Part shown: in pieces, positions 26,201 through 35,200 of the stretch
How positions within the stretch are numbered: the stretch's first letter is position 1
Layout: every line of letters starts with the position of its first letter
NCBI GenBank assembly: GCA_015680685.1
Contig: MNCI01000520.1
Coordinates: forward strand, 479,731 to 543,730
Direction of reading: 5' to 3'
From: Gnetum montanum
Taxonomy: Eukaryota; Plantae; Gnetophyta
DNA: 64,000 nt
The notes under the pieces: model-generated
What the model saw: only the letters and a program-made list of their open reading frames with translations
Told to the model about the DNA's origin: nothing
Databases searched by the model: none
Translations under genes and position numbers: made by a program

Positions 26201-29200
26201 CTCCCTGGTCGACCTGCCCATTGAGAACTGCCGTTTCACGTGGAGTAATCGAAGGAAAGGCCTAGACCGCGTCCTCACCTGAATTGATCGGGTTTGCGTC
26301 AGCACTGACCTCCTCCTCCATTCCTCTGTCCGTGTGTCGGGGCAGGAGAGGGTCGCTTCCAACCACCGTTCGTTGACCTGTTTGATCGGGCTGGATAAAC
26401 CCAGGGCCCCATGTTTGTTCCGCTTAGAAGTGGCTTGGTTAGCCAAGCCATGGTTGAGGCCATTGGTGGAGGAGATCTGGGCAGACTATCGGCCTGGCCA
26501 GGGGGACCCGCGGAACTTCCTTAAGGAGGGCTTACTTCGGTTGAAGTGGGCCATCAGGGCCCTTCCTGTGGATGATAAGTTCTCCTTTCAAACGGGCCTA
26601 CGGACGCTCTGTGATCAGCTTGGCCAGATCTAGACCCGACAGGAGGCAAGAGAGGACTTGCACGCGGAGGAGCAGCACACATTGCGTCAGCTTCAGTCCC
26701 TTGACCGGGAAGAGGAGACATACTGGCGGCAACGTTCCCGAGTCCAATGGATCAGGGAGGGAGATAGACAAACCAGATTCTTCTTTGCCATGGCCAAGAC
26801 ACGTGGGGGAAGTCAACCACGATGTCTTCGCAACCAGGACGGGGAGACAATTGATGATCCGCAGCGCATTGCGCACGAGTTGACGCAATACTGGGGTGGG
26901 ATCTGGGCCAAGCGCCCCACCAGGCCAATCTCGATCCACGTATTGCGAGTGCTGAGTGAGCACGACAACGTATGGTTGCTGGCCCCTTTCTCTTGGCAGG
27001 AACTCACGGCTACGATCAATAGCATGTCGGCAGGAAAAGCACTTGGTCCTGACGGCCGAAGCCTTGAGTTTTTAAAGACGTTTGTAGATATTGTGGGACC
27101 CAATATCCTAGATGCGTTCAACCTCATGCTGGCCAGGAGGCAAATCCGAAGGAAACTCAACTGCTCCCGTATTGTGTGCATTCTGAAGCAATCTGACGCA
27201 CACTGCCCTGAGCACTTCCGCCCTATTGGAGTTTGCAATGTATTCATCCGGATCTTCTCTAAGCTACTGGTGCATAGGCTTGTACCGCTCATGCCCAGGC
27301 TTGTGGGGATCAACCAGGCGGGTTTTGTGCAAGGACAGGCCATTCAGGACCAGATCCTCCTCATGTAGGAGGTGCTTCATTCGCTTCGAAATTCGGGCTT
27401 CCCTGGGCTCTGCCTCAAGCTTGACATCACTAAGGCACACGACACGCTCAGCTGGGAGGCATTGCAGTCCATTATGCACCTGAAGGGGTTTGATCCGTAG
27501 TTCATCCGACTTTGCATTCACATGCAATCCTCGGCTGATTTTTCCTTTGATGTGGGGTGGGGGGAGGGGGTGGGGGCGGTTGCGGGGCCTCTCCACACCA
27601 GGTCGGGGGTTGAGGCAAGGGGACCCACTCTCACCCCTCTTCATCATCGCCATGGACTTAATGCAACACTATTGCAGCACATCCGGGGTGGATGGTCTGA
27701 GCATTGCCGGGGTGGCATGCCGGGCTGAACACTATGCGGACGATACAATGTTGCTCAGTAGGGCGGCGGTCCCACAGGCACGTTGCATCAATGTTGCTTT
27801 GTCCCGCCTGGCTGCCGAGTTGGGGCTGGTAATCAATAGGACCAAATCTTCAGCTCACTTCATTAATGTGGATGAACAAGTTAAAAATCGGGTGATACAA
27901 GTTTTGAATATCTTGCTAGGGACAAACAACGACATATCTGGGCATCCCCCTCTTCAGGTGGGGGCGGACCATGGCGTGGGGCCCGTTGTTAGAAAAAATC
28001 GAAAGAAGAATGGGCCATTGGGTGAATAGATTCTTGAGCTGTAAGGGGCACCTGCTTGTGGCTACAGGAATCCTCATGGCAATTGCTCGCTTCGTGGTTG
28101 CCGTTGCCACCCCCCCAAGCGCCGTCATCAATGCAGTTAACACGTTGATTCACAACTTCATTTGGGAGGGGGGAAAAGGGGGGAGCAAAATCCATTTGGT
28201 CTGCTGGGAACAGGTGGTGTGCCCCCGAAATGCGGGTGGATTGGGCATCACGTCATTCAAGGATGAGCTAATGCTGGGACAACAGTTAGTGCTTCAATTT
28301 TCACGCCCACATAGAGAACCGATCCCGTGGATCCGCATTATGAATAACAAATATCTACGTTGGGAGGTAGGGGCACGGGACTCTAGGCCCTGGCAGACGT
28401 TGTGTCGGCACGCATGTGCGATGTAGGCCTTGGGGTGGGAGTGCCTCGAGCCATGAGCCGTTTTGACGGCCAAATATCCTCGAATTGACAGATGGCGGTG
28501 GATCTGGCAGGGGTGGTTGCCCGAAAAAATCAAAATCTTCCTGTGGTTGTTTAAACGCGATGCACTGCCCATATGGGCCTTGCTGTGGCGGTGTGGAATA
28601 CTGAACAGCGACACGTGTTCTACATGCCACGTTGCTGCAGAAACAGCGCAGCATTTCGCATTTGATTGCCCTTGCATGTGCGCCACGTGGCACGCGGTGG
28701 CAACGCCCCCCTCGAGGCGCCTCACGAGTGACTCTTGGGCCATGCTACTTTTAGCGTGGAAGGCACGAAATAACACTATTTTTCGGCAGCAACAGCGCCC
28801 CCCTCCGCAGCGGCTGGTCTCCCAGGCTCTCACCGCGTGGAAGGAAATCGAGGCGACGATGGGAATCATGCCCACGTTCGAGCCAGACTGCGTCGCGTTC
28901 TAGGAGGACGAGGCGCTTTGGCAGATGGTGGCCCAATGCGGATGGTCTGACCCTTTGCAATGGCTGGTTGGGGATCCAGATTTGGCAGACGACGCGTTCT
29001 TCTCCAACTGGGTCAACGACCGTACCTTTTTCCGAGGGTGTGAAATTTGGATTACAGAATCTTCGATTGCCAGCTGTCTGGGGGCCCCGATCGATGGAGA
29101 GATCATTTTGCCCTCCACCCGCGGCCTCCAGGATGTTGAAATGTTCTTTGATGGGCCCGTTCCCTGTACCAGGAGCAGACAAGTACCTAGATCTTCCCTA

Positions 29201-32200
29201 CCCCGCCTATGGGCCTGGGGCGCAGATTTGGTGGACCGATACTTTGTCTAGTTTGGCAACGGCTCCAAATTGCAGGGCCTACAGTTCGCTTTCCTACGCT
29301 GCCTCAAGTTGGGGAGCCAGGTCAACCTCCTCTGCTTTTTTAAGGAGGCCCTTAGACTCAAGCGTTGTGGCCGCCACTCTGGATTAATTTTGGCGCTGTG
29401 GCGGGGGGCAGAGGGGGGGCAACACCCGTCGTCCTCTGCCCCCCCGAGGGGGGTCTCTTCGGAGTGCCCCCCTTCAGCTCGGCCACAGGACACTACGACG
29501 GTGCTTAGACAAGGGGGCGATTGGCCCCGCTGGGGTTCCACCGTTACGCGGGGTCGGAGGACCCCGTGGGAGTGGCGCCCCCCCCGAACGCCCTGATAGA
29601 CCGGCTTCCCCCCCACTAGAGACCTCTGGCCAGGGGAACTGGAACGAGGAGCTTCGGCAGGCCACGCAGAGGGCGGCGGACGAAGCTCGGGAGGCGGAGA
29701 GGAAGGAATGGGAAGCCAAATGGAATGAAGCCCTCGCGTAGGCCCGGGCCGACCTAGAAGCCCGGGTCGCTGAGCGCGAGCAAGAACAGGCAAGGCAGCA
29801 GGACCTCATGGCTAAAGCTGCTAGGGCTCGCCTCATTGACGAAATCAGGGCCCAAGTGTGGGAAGAATTGACCCAAGAGGAAGAGGCCCAGAGATGACGT
29901 GAGCAGGCGGAGTGGGGGGAGTAGGAGTGGCTTTAGGAGGAGGAGGACCAGCGATAGAGACAGCTTGACCACGCCCACGAGCATAACACCCGACAATGGC
30001 TAAGAGGGGGGCGATGCCCGTACCTCATTCTTGGCATCAGCTGTGAGAGCTCCTGGGCTGAACTCAGATGACATATCCGCCGAACCTCGGTGCGCTGCCA
30101 CCCAGATGCAGGAGCTTCGCAGGCTGACAGGAGTAGAAGGGAGTTGGCCATGCATGGCATCCAGCAGGCGGCCAATTTCATGGACTCGGAGGATCATCGG
30201 AACACTTTGGATATCCTCCACGAGCTGGAGTGCCCCAACTGCGCCTGCCGACGACTGCTGACGAACCCTTAGAGGGTGGTCGGGCCTGGGTAGGGGGGGA
30301 TGCTTGCCCCCCATCTACCGGGTTGATGCCCCCCTGGTCTTCTTCGTTGTTCTGGCTCTTCCTGCGGGTGGGCGGGTGGGGGTGGTGTGCCCCCCTCTGC
30401 TGTCCCTGGTGGGGGGTGGCCCCCCTCGCTTACTTTGGGGGGGGGGGCTGCTCCCCCGTTGTTTCCTGGGGGGGCACCCCCTGCTGTTTCCTGGGGGGTT
30501 GCCCCCTGCTGTTTTTGCTGTCTTGGGAGCTGTATTGATTAATTTGGGGATCATCCCCTCTCTCGGAGGGGCCATTCCTGATGGCCTACCACTTGTAATT
30601 TCTTGTAACATATTTTGTGTTTTTCAGTAATATAATCCCGACTACTTTCTCAAAAAAAAAAAAAAAAAAAACTTACCACTTAAGGAAATATTTGTAGCTT
30701 GTTTTCGTGAATTTGGAGTTAGTTGTGAGTGTCCATAGTGTGGTGATTAATAGTTGTATGACATCTTTATTTGAGTGGATTGCACATGAATGCATTTGAT
30801 GACCAACAATAAAGATTGAGATTGTTTAAGATCATTGCAACATTTCACTTGGATTAGATTTACTTTTCTATGCAATTTATATTTCCAATGTCATTTATAT
30901 TTCAATATTTGTTAGTTAATTGACAAAATAAGTATGACTGATTTTGCGTGCACAAATATAAGCATTTGGTAACCCAGTAGTGGCTAAGCTTGGTTTGCTT
31001 AATAGCTAGTCACTTGGTAATCCTAGCTAGGGTTATATTAGCCCAGGGCATGTCCATCAAGTCAAAAACATGTGCTTATTGCCATTAGGCTAGAATAGCT
31101 TTATGTTTACATTGTTCTTAATTAATAGAATTTATATTCAATTCACCATGTTTCACCTTAGTACTCTAAGAGCCATTCAACACGAGATAATCATATACCT
31201 TAGATAACCTTCAATGCAGGGGTTTTGATCTGGTGTCTTGTTGTGTCCTTTTTTTTTGTTAGATTGAAACTTTTGAATACCTTTTTAAGGAATGTGCTAT
31301 TCAGAGGGCTATTTCTGTCGGTCCTAATCTGTGCAATAATCCTGGTTCACAAAACCTATTATATGGCTTTCTTTTTGTTCTCTCCAACACATCCCAGCTT
31401 CATCAAGTCACCTATAATTGAACCTATCTTTTTTTTTGGCGATGTCAAAAAGCTCTCTCTGGGCTGTTGCTGTTGTTTTGGAGCTGCTTTGTTATTGATG
31501 CTTATTTGTTTTCAATAAGATATGATGTACTTTTGGTGTTTCTCTTTCTTCATTTGTCTAGGCTGTTGCAGCTAATTGTGTATGCTTGTTCATTATTTGT
31601 TGCATACTTTCATTTGCTCTTGCTTTTGATAGCTTAGTCTTATATTTTTGTTATTTTAGAAGCCTTAAATCAGTAAATAAAACAACAGAAACAGATAAAG
31701 TTGTCTTCATGTTGTGTGACAGATTTCAAAATATAGAAGACCAAGGAGAGCAGCTAGATCATGGTTGAAATATACAGGAACTGCAATTGGCATTGCAGCC
31801 TGTTCCACATGGATTTTAAGCCATAGTAAGTTAATGGGGAGTTCTGATCTAGATAACTGGATCAAGGAAGCTAAAGAATCAACAATTGCATTTTGGAAGG
31901 ATCATGTAGAAAGTCCGGTATTGCTAAATCAATATTCTTTTTAACATCGATTTTGTTTTGAACTTAAGTCGTCTATGTTCCTGTTTTATTTAAAATAGAA
32001 TTTTTCTGTTTTGGCTTTTGAGGTATATTTTTGTTGTTTTATGTTTAATATACTGCCGTTCAATGAAGAGACTGTTTCCTGTGTTCTGTCAGCTTACTGT
32101 TGTAGGCATCAACGGAATCTTTTTTGCTGGTTCTGCTAACATATATTTTGAAGAGTCATGTGCTATACCTGTAATATTATTATAATTTTCAGCTTGTTAG

Positions 32201-35200
32201 TGTCCTTTTAAGGAATTGTTCTCTTAGCACTGGGAAGAACTGCCTATCTATGATGTCTTTTAAAGCACTCTTCAGGATTTTGTGCGATTGGTGTTTTAAT
32301 GTAGGATTTTTTAAGTTTTTAATCAGGAGCAATTGGTCATCTATGATCTGTGGTTTCCAATGTTGGAGGGAACTACATCCTTCTGAAAAAAATGAGTGCT
32401 ACTGATGGAGACCATCTATATATTGCAGTTTCTAATGTGTAGTTGTCCACCATGTTTGCCGGCTTATTATTATTTTTTATTGAACCAGATCATATCAATC
32501 AGGGATGAACTGTTTGAGACTTTTAGAAAACGTCATCAGAGTACGACCGAACTTGCAGAAGTTCACTTGACAGCAAATTCCCTTCATAGGTCATATTCAT
32601 GTATTGCACGTAGTATTAGTTCTGTTTATGAATATTAATCCCAGTTTTTAAACATCATATTGAAATTTTGTCAATGCTCCAATTCTTGGTTGTAGAATGC
32701 TGCATGATTTTTGTGAAGAAGCATCTGGCAAAAAGTTACCTGCTGAAATGTCTGATCAAGAATTGATGGAAATGATGATTTCCAGGTATATTGTAAGCAT
32801 TTTCCTATAACTATTGCCTTTTAGATTAGAGCATAGGTTGGAATAAAACTAATAATACTTAAATGTATAAGTGCTTTTATTACCTTGTAGAAGGTACTAT
32901 CTTCTATTTGCACCCTTGAATGTTGCGTTTAAGAAATGCATCTGATTCTTTATGGTTTCTTGGGCTAAAAAAAAATACAGTTTTTTGAATAATGCAAATT
33001 GTACCTGTTGCCTGGAAGTTTTTCTTTTAAATTTTGGGTTTAGGGGGATTATTTATGGTTCATATCAGAAGCGGTTAAAGCTTTTTTGTTTGTATGACTT
33101 GAGAATTTGAGAAGCTCAATGTATTAAAATGGATAATTTATTTGCAGGTATGAAAAGGAACTTGCACATCCTCTCCAGAATCTTTTAGCTGGGGATCTGG
33201 GTCGAGCTTTTCTCATTCAGGTGTTTTCTATCCTCTTCTGTCCCACGTTATTGCTTGAAGTGTTCCTTTCAACATGAAAATTATATTATGCCACATTTAT
33301 TCATTATGAGAGTTGTTGCTTTATGATATTTGCAGATACAAAAGCTGAAGCTTGATATAGAAACGTAAGTTTCTCACGAGGTGATTTTTAAACATTTGTA
33401 ATTTCTTAAATTTAAAGGAAGCTGTTTGGTAAAAAATTCCTGTCTCTCTTAGCAGTCATGATATCATTTTGTATTTAATGTTGTACACAGGGCTATGCTT
33501 GAGCTGAATCAGATTCTCAGAGCAAATGAAATAAACTTTGCAGTTCTTGCTGCATTACCTGCATTCTTTTTGACCTTCCTACTGGGAGCTCTGGTGCGGA
33601 TATCAATTGCCAAAGTAGGTTAATCTTCTTTGTTTAGATTGGCCTGCACAAAACATTATTTTTTAAAATATTGTTTTCTGATCTGATATTTATTTGTTTA
33701 GCTCACTTACCGGAGATAAATGATGTGTTGTGTGGATATTTCTTGTTGATTTTTGTAGAATGCATTATTGTTGAAATTCATTTATCAAATATTTCACGAT
33801 GATTGGAAACATATTGTTCTGTCTGTGTATGATATTCGGTACTCTTCATGATTCATGAGGATGTATAATTCTATGTTGAATTGACTTCTTCAAAAGCAGA
33901 CAGAACATCAAACATGATTCAACACAGAAAATACAGTAAGTTATTTTTTCAAGAAAAGGGCATGGGCGATGAAAAGTATTTATGAGCTTTGTTTTATTGT
34001 GTATTAAGATTCATAGTTAAATTGAATGAAAACCATATTATGATGGTCTACAACTAATTGACTCTGGGAAGTTTTCCAGATTTTCGTTCTGGAGTGTTAG
34101 GTTATTGGTTATGTTGACATCTAAAAGGTACATGTATAAAAGAAGCATAAGAAAGGATAGTCATAGACTAAATTAATATTCCAACTATTATCAAACCAAC
34201 CGCCTACCGTAATTTATCAGTAGAATTTTATGGAATAAAGCAAGGCTAGGAATGATTTGTTGTTTCTGAAAAGTTAACGAACATATTTACATCCCAAAAA
34301 GTATTTGAAGTAACCAAAACATTATAAAATCTAAAAAGTAATAACTGGTTCATCTGGTATTAGTGAGATTGTAGGCTCTTGTTGCTCCTCATATTTTGAT
34401 AAAATATAATATTTTTTCTTCTATCTCAGTTTTTATTGTTATATATATATTTTTCTGAAGGATAGGAGCAATGAAGGTAAAGGAGCTGCTGCTAGGCTTT
34501 ATAGGAGACTACTCATTGGAGAGTTAGAGGAGAAAATAATTGATTATCAAGTGCTCATTGATCAAAATCAGGTAATCTTTTTTTTCCCCTTTGTTTTTCC
34601 CGGGACCAACACCGTTTAGACAAAATATGCTTTGTTGCCTGTTTAAGACAAGGAAGAATACAATATTATGGAACTTCCTAGTTCCCATATAAAGTTGCAT
34701 TATTCTTTGCATTATTGATTACAGCATTGCGATGTTCCTGATTTTGCTATTTATATTTACATCTGGCAGTGCCCAGCAGCATATTAATTACTAGTACTGA
34801 TTACTTATTCTTCACCAACAGAGATTCATATGGGTTTTAGGTTCATCAAAAAGCCTGAGGAAATGCCATGATGGGAGCTGCATCATGATTATCATCTTAG
34901 TCTTGTCCAAACAAACAAAATGGGGTTGTCTATGAGTTCTCTTTCACGATTCACCTTGACGAAGAGCTAAATTCTTGTCAATTTGCAATTTCTTTCTTTT
35001 TTTTAATGGCTTTCCTAAAATAGTGATTAAGCAAACGTTTTTTAATAGGCTCATTATCTGATCTTCTTTGCACATGCCTAAACCATCTAAGACACAATTC
35101 CTGTAGCTTATCTGAAATATAATACCTCTCCAAGCCTTCTTCTAATGTCTGTATTGTGCAGTTTATCTCTTCTTGTAACATTCAGCATCCATGATGATAA

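Larger units (their letters stand above)
24150..30668 (+). mobile_element. Near full-length, GC-rich, relatively young L1 LINE with an extended 3' coding region
   Basis: Perfect TSD aaacttaccact (24138-24149 / 30669-30680); poly(A) from 30652; ORF1 with DUF4283-like region and CCHC knuckle; ORF2 EN-RT-zf. There is a 5-N gap at 25370-25374. Confidence 0.95.

Noticed and set aside
30272-30530. G-run-rich tract with G-quadruplex potential
   Set aside because: G-rich 3' UTRs are common in L1 elements, so it is not distinctive on its own.
24142-30630. Numerous overlapping antisense and alternative-frame ORFs in the L1
   Set aside because: Expected from high GC content; only the + strand ORF1, ORF2 and extension frames carry recognisable motifs.
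31201-31530. Possible displaced 3' UTR of the old L1 at 11209-15120
   Set aside because: It is T-rich and LINE-tail-like, but no TSD or sequence continuity could be demonstrated.
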